Assembly (NCBI GenBank): GCA_027604505.1
Contig: JADIIX010000075.1
Coordinates: forward strand, 1-64,000
DNA length: 64,000 nt
Direction of reading: 5' to 3'
Source: Gonapodya sp. JEL0774
Taxonomy: Eukaryota
The translations under genes and the position numbers were made by a program. The notes beneath the pieces are model-generated. The model was given only the letters and a program-made list of their open reading frames with translations, ran no database searches and was not told the origin of the DNA. Below are positions 1 to 11,812 of this stretch, piece after piece. Position 1 is the stretch's first letter, and each line of letters opens with the position of its first letter.

Positions 1-322
1 CCTCCTGTCTTGACCAGAGGCAGGAGCACCACACACAGCCCCCCTCCCTGTGTGCCCACTGTCTGGGAAGACAAGGAGAAGTTGGGCTTTTAAAGGAGTT
101 GTGCGAGGGTTTTGCCACGTGCCTCACGTGCGAAGGTAAGGCATGACGTGGCCTCTCAGCTGAGAAACAGTTCTCATATGAGAAAATCTCGAGGAAGAAA
201 TGCAAAAAAAACCTCAACTAAATTGTGCTCATGTCACAATACCACAGTTTGAGGTTATGCTGAGAATACCTTCCAAACTGCATTTGGACTGGACAAGTAA
301 AAATTGTGCAACAACCTCCGCA

Positions 323-352
323 CCACCGACCCACCGACCCACCGACCCACCG
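323..352. repeat. Short tandem repeat of the 8-mer CCACCGAC, about 3.7 copies
   Basis: Sequence reads ccaccgac ccaccgac ccaccgac ccaccg. Confidence 0.8.
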
Positions 353-794
353 TGACAACCCATCGCAAAAGAGAAACGTTCTGGACAGGAAACTTCGACT
401 GCCCATCCAGCCATAGAGTCAAAAGCCATGATTGCCGCCGCATCTTCCATGGAGCATCTTGGCAAACACTCTGCTGGTCCCACTCTACCTTCAAGTGAGC
501 CAGACCCGCGGACACCACGAACGGAGGGTGAGTTTGAAGCACCGTAACATAAAATCATATGGGTCGCCGATGTTTGAGAGAAACTCGTTTAAACGTACGC
601 GTTGCGCTGCGAAACGCAATCGAGGAGGGATTCTCCGGTGTCAAGGACGAGGGCTGTCCCTTTTTCTTTGGCGTTCGTAGTCCTCCTTTCATCCCTCACC
701 AATCCCCTATCACTGGCTCCTTGCACGTAACCTCGCAGCTCGGGGTCACTTTTCCACCAGCAGTTCTGAGAAAGATGATGACAGCCCCACTGCT

Positions 795-3125
795 GTGACC
801 CCACTGTTTGGTATGCAGACACACTTCTCAACGAACTACATAACTTTCTCTAAGCCCTCGTCCTGGTTTTACTCAGTCTGTGGCTGCTCCTGGTATTTCA
901 CTCCTTCATCTGTGGGACCTCTGTCGTCTGTGGCAGGCAATACCCATTCTGGCTCCCTGTCATGCACCGACTCTTCCATTATTCTGAAACCAAACTCTCA
1001 AATAGCACGCACGGCACCAACAGAATCCCGTGATATCGTCATCCCATTGTCGAGCGTCGTGGAGTCACAAATGGTGAGTGCAAAATGTGAGCAGGACCAT
1101 GAGGTGCGTTTGTGCTCATGCTCCTATAATTTGAAGGCCACTACGGAGATTATTCTTGTGTGTGAACTGCCGGCCATTTTCGGAACGGACCAGATTTTGC
1201 TCCACCTTTCAATTCACCCTGCTCGTATTCCTGCGTTTATTGCGTTGCTGAAAGAGGAAGCAGCAACACAACTCACCACTGGAGTCAGTTTCGATGTTGG
1301 GAGACCTACATTAAATTTGGAGCGAAGTTCCGTGCGGTCATTGCAATTGGTCAAGCCCGGGTCCGATTCTGAAGTGCTCCAGTCATGCGGAGTTTCCGAA
1401 ACCAACCGAACTCTCATCGACCGCGATGACTCGCCCGATCGTTTCGGGAGCACTTGCTCGGAAACGAGTCGAGAGTTGTCGTCTGATGAAGATGTCCCCA
1501 CCGGACCCATTGTGTTTGGTAAGTTTTTCGCCGACCATGAATCTTCGATATCTTCTCACGCCAGTGCGCTTTGGAATCCAACTCAGAATCCCCCATCATG
1601 ATCGCGAGTGTTCCGACCACCTCTTCCCGACTAGCCAAATCGGATGTGATATCCCAGAATCGAGCAGTATCTGGCATGTTGCGAGTGGTTGGGCGACATG
1701 CGGTAGTTAACATCACCGGCGATACACAAGAAGCCGAAAAGAATATGGCATTGTGGCCAGTTTCAAATACGGTGGAAATTCAAATTGTGAGTGTGCCACC
1801 CCTTAAGATGAGTAGATAATCGTTCTGTATAGCCATCTCTGTCGACAGAGCTGCCCTTCGCAAGAAGGAACAAGAGATGTCGCCGTGCGGTACTTCGCGT
1901 CCAAAGATTTGGATGCTTCGAATGATATCCGACGTGTGGGTGATGCTGCCCGTTCTCATCAACCGCACAATCCCCATGATTACTGATGGCGTTTGGATTC
2001 CTTTATCAGATTCGTTTCACAATTGCTGCTCGCGCGACTGCCCTCTTTATTTCGACACTACCTTCTAGCGTTCCACGCTCAACTCTCGGCGCCGGGAAGC
2101 CTTCCAATCCCCGTCGCCTTCAGCGTGTCAACACGGAACCATCACCTAGTCGCCTGCGTGTGAACGGAGAATCTGCGAATGTCTCCAACGGGCCGAAGGA
2201 TGATGGGGAAAAAGTCGGCTGGACTGGTTTACCTAGTGTAATGGCTTCGTCAGGAGGGATAGCGCGCAAATCCAAGAGAGATATCAAGCTGCATTCCGCT
2301 GATACAGGCGTCCTGACGAGGTCGCTTAATCGTCCCGTTTCGACTCTCGATCCAACGCAACTCGGAGGACGAAGGCTCACGAGATCTGCGACATCATCCC
2401 TGCCACCAAGGCCCTCGACTCCCATTTCGGGAGATTCTTCGCTCAGCCCTTTGAATGCTTCCGGGCACGGGAATCCTGTCTTTGTCATGGACTACCCGTC
2501 ATTGATGTTGGCAAATTCGCAGTCCAAAGTCGTTGGTTGGGACTCAGCAGATTCTGAGCTGCGGTCAATCGTGTGGTCACTGGGCGCCACCGAGATCTTT
2601 GGGTCTGGTTTTTGGCGCTACGCAACCTATCTCGTGCGGGTCGGAGGAGATGGGGAATCTGGATCCCGATTGCGATACTCGGACTTCGTCAGTTTCCGGA
2701 ACTACCTTGTCGCGCATCTCAAGAAGATCAAGCGTGTCGATAGAGAATATGGCGAGCACAATGGAGCACAAATGGAGTTCAGCCACAACCAGTGGTCACG
2801 CTCCGGTCGGTCCTCTCCGACGCCCAGTTTCGACTCAAACGTTTCTGGGGGTTCTGGCTTTACTTTCAGGACATCACATTCGCTTATGTCGACCAGATCA
2901 AGTCGCAGCGCTGTCCCTGACGGGGTTGTACTCTACGAAGATGACACTCCTTGGGCGATTGTCCCCCCGCTTCCTCCCAAGACAATACTGCGACGACTTG
3001 ACTCAGAATTTGTCGAGCAGCGTAGGCAAGATTTGGAACAGTGGTTGAATGAAGTGTGGTTTACAGTGATTGACAGACTGGGCCTCTCGGTTTGGATTGG
3101 ATGGAGGAAGTTTGTGGGAATCTAG
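795..3125 (+). CDS. PX (Phox homology) domain protein, multi-exon; 5' structure uncertain
   Basis: The last exon (~2010-3125) has PX hallmarks: 'GSGFWRYATYLVRV', 'RLRYSDFVSFRNYL', 'PPLPPKTILRRLDSEFVEQRRQDLEQWLNEV'. Upstream ORF pieces (795-1601, 1571-1786, 1849-1933) can be joined by plausible GT-AG introns, but the start is not resolved. Confidence 0.7.
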
Positions 3126-3402
3126 AGCGCGATGGACTGACGGACGTTACGTGACTGCGTTTTATACATCTCCCAGTTTTGTTCCGCCTCATTCGTTGAT
3201 TGGAAGATTATGGACTAAGTGGTTGCAGCTAGCCAACATCTGCAATGATACGCGTATTTTATCTTTCGCACATCATAGACCAAACTATTTGCTGTTAGTG
3301 TTGACATTACATGAAACAAATAAATATAGCTCGAACACTTCATGCTTGTTGTTGGTTGAAGCCTCGCAGAGTGGGTTCTCTCACTTACTTATAGGGTTGA
3401 AC

Positions 3403-5459
3403 ATGGATGAAGCGACAACTCCACAAATCAGCGGCAGCCGAAGAACCGAGCGACCCACTGGCTCATACTTGCAAAACGTTTCCAAAAAGGCTCGGCGAGA
3501 AACTGATTGCGACGGGAATCCGTTCTGGCCTGCTGATTCGAGAGATCCAGAATACTACTTCGAAGGCGGTCTCAGGAAGGTCAGACCGTACTTTTGGACG
3601 TACAATGCACATGCTAAACAGCGTTGGCTCGGCCGCACTCTCTTGGACGTCTTTGTCTCGGAGTTTAAGGACGCTACTGAGGAGTACTATGTTCGTTCAG
3701 TCCCCCGCTTGTCGATAAACACTTCACTTTGGAAATTACAATCGTTTGCTGAATATTAGAGAAAGGCGATTGAATCGCGTCTGATCGTCGTCAGTGGCCG
3801 CCCAATATCTGCAGACTATGTCATTAGAGATGGTGACAAAATATCGCATTCAATCCATCGTCACGAGCCTCCCGTTGGCTGTCAGGAAATCGAAGTTGTT
3901 GATAAGGATTCGACCCCTGGTGTTGTGGTCATATCGAAGCCAGCCGGCCTGACGGTCCGTTAAAGATGGAGGTGGAGTGGAAAGTGGCACCACTGAGTCC
4001 TCAAGGAACCCTCTGAGTTACCGATTGTCTTTTTTGATCTATGTAGGTTCATCCCTCGGGGCGATACCATCACAATACACTCCTGTACATTCTCCGCCGA
4101 GAATACAGCGATCTCTTCGGGAACGGGACACCTCAGCGTATGTTATTCTTTCCAGTTTGCTTCAAAATCCATCCGGTATTTTGAGCCGTTGGTGCGGTGT
4201 TATTGCTTGCTATTCGCAGTTGTGAATCGTCTGGACAGACTTACGTCGGGTCTAATGCTCATCGCTTCCACAACCGAGCGCTCTCGTGAGATGGACCGGG
4301 CCTTACGTGGTCGCAGCGTCAAGAAAGAATACATTTGTCGGGTGTTGGGGGTTTTCCCAGAGTAAGCTTCGTTGGGCTAAAACCCATCTAGTCGAAGAAC
4401 TACACCTAAAACACACTTCCGACAGGAACCCTGTGACAGTTAACCAGCCCATGGTCACGGTTTCACACAAACTTGCATTGAACTCGGTGGTTGAAGACCC
4501 ATCTGACCCCAATGCAAAACCGGCCATCACAGAGTTTGTGCGCCTGAGTACAAATGGTTTTACGAGTGTCGTGAAAGCCAGACCGAGGACAGGACGGACA
4601 CACCAAATCCGTGTGCATTTGCAATGGCTGGGTGCGTCTTGTCTATACTCTTATTTATTTGGTGGTATTTTATCATCAATACCAATCATCACTACGCACT
4701 TCAACAGGGTTTCCGATAGCGAACGATCCACTTTACTGCAATAACTTCTGGGACAATATCCTCTCCACCAATTCTTCCCAAGGTACTGATTCTTCCATAG
4801 CCGATCGTTCGCGCATGACTGGTGTCCCAGAGCTCAATGCCGCACCTGATGCCCACGTCTCGCCTCGCCCTACTTCAGCAACTGCGGAGACAGTTGCGAA
4901 AGCCATGCTTACTCACTCTCGTGCATATGAAGATGCCCGACGTGCAGAGATGGAGCGTAGATTTCACGCCGCTTTCAATGTCCCACCTGAATCGGAAACT
5001 GATCCTGCCGTAACACCAGTGATCTCCCCTCTAAAGCGTATTCCGTGCTTGGACTGTGCGAGTCCGCTACCCGACCCTCAGCCGGAGCTACTGTGTATCT
5101 GGCTCCATGCGTATGCTTACGAAAATGTTCCTGGTGAAGTACTCATTGAGGCCGACGAGAAGGATGAAGTTCCGGTGGTGAATGGTGCACATCAAACGCA
5201 AGTGAAACCAAGTGAAACACCCTTCAATGTATCACCGAATAGTCGTTGTGTGGACTCTGATTCTCCGTCTGTTGCTGTTGCCGAGTTCAAACTCGACACC
5301 CATCCGTGGCGGTTTCAGACAGACATACCGGTTTGGGCAAGGGAAGACTTCGACGGAGATCGACGTATCGTGTCGATTTTAGCAAGACGGTACGAGAGTA
5401 GAAGAAGTGTAGGAAGTGGGACTGCTGTGAGCGTCGAAGTCGATTTTGCTTTCGATTGA
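3403..5459 (+). CDS. RluA-family pseudouridine synthase (Pus9/Rib2/RPUSD2-like), multi-exon
   Basis: Spliced motifs: '[20 protein letters not shown]', S4-like '[10 protein letters not shown]', 'KPAGLT|VHPSGRY', catalytic 'NRLDRLTSG', '[26 protein letters not shown]', 'IWLHAYAY'. No Rib2-type deaminase domain seen. Confidence 0.92.
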
Positions 5460-5613
5460 TGAGAATGTCCCCCCGGATGGACTGAAGAGTCCAGTGATTG
5501 TTATATTGTAAGTTTGGCCACACAAGACAGGGGTCAGAAAATTGCATAAATTGTTCACTCTCCTCACAAAATAGGACTATCAAGCTCGCGAACTAATGAA
5601 GATTGAGAGGCAC

Positions 5614-8122
5614 TTACAGCTGTGCCCGAACATCGTCGCGCACGCTGTCCTTTGTTCCAGCTATTGCAAAGTTAGAAATGCATTAGGCCTTTGTGCTTAG
5701 TGCTTAGTGCAGCAGACGAGCACGTCCGTCTAGTGAACTCACCTACACCACCCTTGATGCTAACAACACGCTTGAAGTCAGCTTCGGTAATGCGGCGGGC
5801 TTCCACGGCCGGGTTGTATCCAAAACGCTCCCGAGGATCTTGCCATTTTGGGTCCTTTTCGTCGGCGAACTATGTGATTAAAATGGGTGGAGTAATCCGC
5901 TCTGTGAAATCGGAGTTGTCAATCAAACCTACGTCGGCCTTTTTGTAAAGTCCAACCACGACCGCACCACCAAGACCAACATTGTGCTGCAGGGCGTACT
6001 TGAGGTTCGGGATTTGGCGCTTACCGCACCATCCGCGAACCTGCCATGTCTGGCGGTTGCGAATGATGATCCGTGTCAAAAATGAATCGACACGGCAAGT
6101 GGGCATGAAGACAACTCACCAGCTCGCACATCTGCGCCAGACCAGTTGCGCCGAGCGGGTGGCCCTTGGAGATGAGACCACCGGACGGGTTGACGACAAC
6201 CTTACCTCCGTGGGTGAACTCGCCGCGGGCAAGCCAGTTGTGCGCCTCCCCGACGGGGGCGATCCCGAGGGCATCGTATGTGCTGAATGGGAATATAATT
6301 AGTTCGGGCAGTGTAATGAAGCCTTCTTTGCACTGCCTGGTCCAGCGCCACTCACATCAACTCATTGGGTGCGAAACAGTCATGAAGCCTGACGGGGAGC
6401 AAACAAAATTGTGAGTGAATACTTTGAGTTCAACAAATCTGGGTACCAGTCTCCTGGATGGCATGATTCGCCATCGATGTTGAAGTGCAATCAGGCAGCT
6501 AAACTCACTCGACAACGCCAACTTGGTCAGGGGTGGTCTTCGCAATTTTGAATGCTTCCGAAGCGGCACGGCGGGTCATATCCGCACCCTGCAACAATCA
6601 CGCAACATAGGGTTGTCAATTGGCGAAACGTGATATCCGGTAGTACCCGTGTACTGACTGCAAGCTCGATGGCAGACCTTTCCTCATCGAGGAGGGCCTT
6701 GGGGGAGTCCGTAGCCATGACCTGTGCGGCAATTTCAACTGCTTGTGCGCCGAGTCCGTGGCGGCGGACAAAGTCTTCGCTGGCGAGAATGACGCAACCA
6801 GCACCGTCTGAGGTAGGGCAGCACTGAAGCAAGGTAACGGGGCCAAAGATCTTGCGAGACTTCTTGACCTGGTCCAGCGCTGACAGTCGAGTGTTTGCAC
6901 AGTGGGATAACCACGACTGCTTTCTGAGAGAAATGCACTCACTGTAAACGTCTTGGAACTGGCTGTATGGGTTGAGCTCAGAGTGGCGGTGGTTCTTCTC
7001 CGCAACCATGTTCAAGTGGTCATCGGTTGCACCATTCTTAGCGTACTTCTTGATGTACTCTATGGTGGAGCAATCGTTTCGCAAATTCTACTTTACTTGC
7101 TTGCAATGAGTTGTTCAATACTCACCGATGCCAGCGTTTCCGAAAATCTGTGGGTTGAGCTGGGTGTTTTGGACCTCCATGCGTTCCATCTAATTGAACC
7201 GAGCATGAGATGGGTGTCAAATCTCAAGGGGATTGCCAAATCCGCAATTTCACAGAGGCGGCACGAACCATCGGTCCCATTGGGTTACCTCGGGTCACAT
7301 TGGGAGTGGCACCCCCAAGCGGACCGGGCATCATCTTCTCAAACCCTAAAGCAAGGGTACAGTCGTAAAGACCACCCTCAATCTGCGAGCGAGCAAGATA
7401 TATTGCCGTGGATCCGGAAGCGCATGCATTGTTCGTATTGACGATCGGGATCTGGTTCAGGCCGAGCTGGTAGAGGGAGCGCTGTCCCATGGCGGTGGAT
7501 CCGAAGCAGTAGCCTTGATGTTAAAAAATTGTTTTGCGATTTCAAAATACCACATTGGTTTGTGTGCTTGATTGAGACGACGTACCGACAGCAGCGAACT
7601 CGACCTTGTCGTAAGTGATGTTGGCGTCAAGAAGTGCCTATAAGCCCCACAACGAACGCCAGTTCAAATAACACCGTCTTAGGATTACGCGGGGGATCCG
7701 TATTCCATACCTTTGTCGCTGCCTCGAGGGAGTAGTCAAAGTACTCGGCACCCTTCCGAGAGAAGGGTTTCTCGAACTATTTTAAGACATTAAGGAAATC
7801 CAAAAGAAAAGGGACGTTATTGGCCCAGGCGGACTTATGCCCGACAGCAGGGAGAGCTCACCTTGGTCATTCCGACACCTGAGCGTAGCGGTGAACAGGT
7901 CCGGAATCATATGTAGTAAGATTGGGATGACCAGCAGTGTCAGAAACAGAGACAACAAGGGATCCAGCACTCTCTTGACCGAATTCGACATTGATTCAAA
8001 GGTTTCGCGGGATCCGATGGCGACCGGAACAAAGAAGCCGAGGACCAATTCCACGTAACCGCTTCAATTGAGCCGAGGAATGACCCACCGATGATGTAGA
8101 CTTTGCGACCTTTGCCAGACAT
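5614..8122 (-). CDS. SCP2/SCPx-type thiolase without an SCP2 domain, PTS1-like C-terminus AQL
   Basis: Exons give '[21 protein letters not shown]', '[12 protein letters not shown]' (catalytic Cys), 'CCPTSDGAG', 'HDCFAPNE', '[17 protein letters not shown]', '[13 protein letters not shown]'. Last exon reads '[14 protein letters not shown]', with TAA at 5614-5616. Confidence 0.93.
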
Positions 8123-8772
8123 GGTTGAATCAAGGTTGGGTAGGATTGCGGCTGGATTGTAGGGAAGTGGTAAACCGAGTTTGGAGCGGGTTTTTATATC
8201 CCGATTTTTGATTATAAATAACGCAGCTCAATTGAAACTGAGAACTACTGAAAATTGGACAAAATCATTCAGACTCATGGATCTGATGCAAATAACGTCT
8301 AGCTCGTGGGGTAGCATATGGTGCGTTCACCTCCCAGAGGATGCGAGTGGAATGGTGTTCATCGATAGTAATGGTAATTCAGGATGTCAAATGAATTTTC
8401 CTCCCTTATTACATCATATTGCGGTATTGTTTAGATCTATGAGTGGCCCCAACACCATTCGCTAGTCCAGGACGGCAAGACCCAAAACATTACCACCGGC
8501 AAGCCCGGTTGAGAAGTCCGGTGCTTCTTGTGTCGACAATCGGGAGCTGTTCGACGCTAGAACACGGGAGAGGAGTTAGTGTATGCCAGGCAGTGGATAA
8601 CAAGGAAGGTTATATCGGGGCGTGTATGTACATATATGAATGCCCAGTGTAGACTGTTCGAGTTCGTGTCATGACGAACGAGAGCAAAACGAGTCAGCTG
8701 CGTGGACGCTCATTTTTCGATTTGAATGTTACAGTAATTAACTCAAATCTTTTCTCCTGCACACAGTTGAAT

Positions 8773-9296
8773 AGTGGGTTTCAAAGTTCGTCCGAATAGA
8801 ATTCCGAATAATAGGTCGTCCGAATAGAAAGGGTGTGATTCGGAAGGGTGATTCGGACCGTATTCCGACGGAGGGGTTGCAGAGTTTCAGTTGTGGCCTT
8901 CCGAATTGTTGGCACGAGAATGGAATCCACTTCTCAGCAAATTGATTGCACTTTCACCATGATACTAGGACCCACGAACACTGGGTCAGATCGCAAGCTG
9001 CTGGAAGCGAGCTCCGCTGACTATCAATACCCGCTCTCCATCGCGCGGTCTCGTGCATCAGTTGCGATTTTAGTAAATTGCATCAGCAATATATTCTTTC
9101 CTCTTTGTATTTTGCTTTCAATCGAACCCCAATATGGTATGCTGAATATGGATTCGGCCTGCAAAGCGATTCGGACGATTCGGGGACCAAAAGTGGTTGA
9201 CGAATCCGTCCGAATCACCGGAACTTTTTCCGAATCATTTTTTGGATTCGGACGTCCTCGTTCGGAATTCTATTCGGACGAACTTTGAAACCCACT
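8773..9296. mobile_element. Non-autonomous TIR DNA transposon (MITE-like, possibly hAT-derived)
   Basis: 8773-8808 agtgggtttcaaagttcgtccgaatagaattccgaa is the exact reverse complement of 9261-9296. Many subterminal TCCGAAT/ATTCGGA copies at both ends. No transposase. No TSD identified. Confidence 0.85.
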
Positions 9297-9307
9297 CATG
9301 GCCGGGG

Positions 9308-9317
9308 NNNNNNNNNN
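9308..9317. other. Assembly gap (10 N) flanked by G- and C-runs
   Basis: Sequence reads gccgggg NNNNNNNNNN ccgccccccc. Confidence 0.99.
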
Positions 9318-11812
9318 CCGCCCCCCCCGCCCCCCGGGGCGCCGGTAAAGCACATCACTTGCACCCCTTTCCCAAATGAAAAACGCGAAGAGTGAGCGCG
9401 CTTTCCAAATAGAGGTTTTGGTTTTCACCCGGAAAAACTATGAAAGCTACGTGTATAAGAAATTCTGGCACGTCTTCTGCCTGTTGGAGCGACGACACGC
9501 AACATAAAGGTGCATGTTGAAAGTTCAGAGAGCCGCTCGTTTCTTGTTGGAAACATTTTCGTGCACTATAATCTATTGCGCACACAGAGATGAAGGGGTT
9601 TAGCGTCATTTTCTTTGCTTCCAGAGATACAGTGTCGACTATCTCCGTTTATTTACGAAGGTCGGATAGAGAACACAGATGGCCATTCGTTCAATAATGA
9701 CCCCCAAACCGTAGAAAACTTTTGTTTTTTCTTTGTTAGGAAACAAGCGATACTATTGTACGCATTTTACTTTACCCTAGACATTGACTCTTGGTATCGA
9801 TTCTCATCGATTCCGCTCCGTCCCATCACACTTAGTGCCTGTATTCTCCGTCTGATCTCCTCCTCGCTGTGCTGCTCGTGGTCCCGTCCGGTCCCATCCC
9901 ATTACGTTCGCAGAAATCTTACAGAGTTTTATCATTGGAAATCTGATGGGATTGACTAAGCTACAGCGCAAATCTCGGAATTCAATTCTCAATCGCCGCG
10001 AACAAGGTCTTGAAAATGTAGAAAATGCTTCCGGGCAATGTCGGTCGTCAAGAGTCAAATACCAAGCAAGCTACCACGTCCCTGGAGGGCTTGTCAACGC
10101 CTGAATTATCAAGCTGGCTTCCACTTGTTGCTGGTGAAAGTGGAGTTCAAGTTAAATCAGCTGACTCTGATGTTGGCTGGGACAGTATTGGGGGTTCACA
10201 ACCAAATGAAGACAGAATGGATGTTGAGGAAGGCCATAGAAGAGAGATGGAAGCAGGTATGGCCTTTCAGTGCTTTGACTCAACGATCTATCATCCTGAA
10301 TGGCTCTCCCTCTCACTCTTTGTAATTGGCGAAACCGTTTTCACTCACACAACTTATTCGCTCGAATCAGACTCATCCACCGCAAAATCAATGAAAATGG
10401 TGGACTGGATGCGTGATGGACGCGAACAGATCTATTGGTGTGGTCGGATGGCAATCACACCGCAGCTCGTTCCTCCACTGAGCAAACAGGGCAATCATCG
10501 CGGTGTCTACCTCTGTCATGGGCTTTGGGCTACAATATGGAATGTGAGCGATGTGGAAGTGGATGATAATTGGATGAAGCAGCTCTGTGTGAAGGTAAGT
10601 GTATCCGTCTCGACGATCTTTAAATCACATTTACTGGACGTGGTTCGTCTCCGTCCCATCAAAAATTGCAATTGCAACTCTCCCCAGCGTATGTGATGCA
10701 ACTCAGAGCCGCGACTATTTTCTCAGGCGAATCAGCCTTTGGTCTTGGTCTCTCTCGTGGTTGCTGACGGTTTCCCTTCTCACATCAAATTCCCCGCCCA
10801 CTGAGAGCATCTCCGACCTCTGGCACAACTCAAAAACGTGAAATACAATGAAAAGGCACTCTGTGTATCCGGTGGATACAGTGGAGTCAAAGGGCCTCAG
10901 TTAATGTGAGTGAACGGTGTGGTGGAACCTCTGTCGGGAGCCTTCTGTTGTGGAACCTTCTCCGTACACACTGAGCTGCTCCCAAGTACCACCAATTATG
11001 AGAGGTGTGGTGCGAGCTGCCACACCTTTGGAGTTGGTGATTTTCAAGATCACAGTGTGTGGTTTGGAGTCTCACCTCCCTAAACTGTAGGATACGCATA
11101 GAGTTGCTGTGCTAGACTAAAATGTGAACAGTTAAAAACTGTGCCTGCAAACGGGTTCACATTCTCTGTATGCGCCGTTTCCGTTGGCACCGCCGCGAAC
11201 TTTCCATTACCAGCCACCACCGCCAACAACCCCCCACAATAAATTTTAGAACATCCCGCACTGTTGATGAACACTGATGTGGTGCGACAAGCAAAACTCA
11301 CTCCTCTATCTGGCTCTAACTCCTCCAATAATCCCAAACGTATAATGTAACTTTCTAGCAGTTTGGTCAAATCCATGGGAACAGATGGTCACGGGGAGCT
11401 GAGATTCTAAAATTTAAAGCTAAATGCCTACTTGGAGTCAAGCTATTTCATTCAAATCGACGGTCTTCCCGGTGCTGTTGCGCACTTGAACGCCCCTTGG
11501 GTATTCTCATTCTTGGCTGACACGACTGTATGAACACATGATAAGAATCCTGAGTTTGTTGGCTCCTCATCAAACAAATTGCGGTTATCACTGAAATCCG
11601 CTTATCGGTCCAACTCTCAACGAAATCGCAGAATCAGGATAATCGTCAAGAGAACTCCGACGGATTCAAACATCGCGACGGAACCGTGGTGGTGAAGCTT
11701 CGAGCCGATACAGTAAGCGACAACCCGCTCATACCGAACACAACAAGTAGCTGAAGCGGGGTCGGACAACGCGGCAACCTCAGTTAAGGAAAAGGAACGC
11801 TGAGCGTGGGAG

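Noticed and set aside
5570..5617. GTAAGT at the thiolase stop as a donor leading to an SCP2-domain exon
   Set aside because: No SCP2-like coding sequence exists before the convergent gene at 5459, and AQL* is a plausible PTS1-like end.
8787..9280. Repeated TCCGAAT/ATTCGGA motifs as a CRISPR-like array
   Set aside because: Motifs are 6-8 bp, in both orientations and irregularly spaced; explained as transposon subterminal repeats in a eukaryote.
8848..9288. 146-aa ORF inside the TIR element as a possible transposase
   Set aside because: No DDE, BED or dimerisation motifs; the translation runs through the subterminal repeats.
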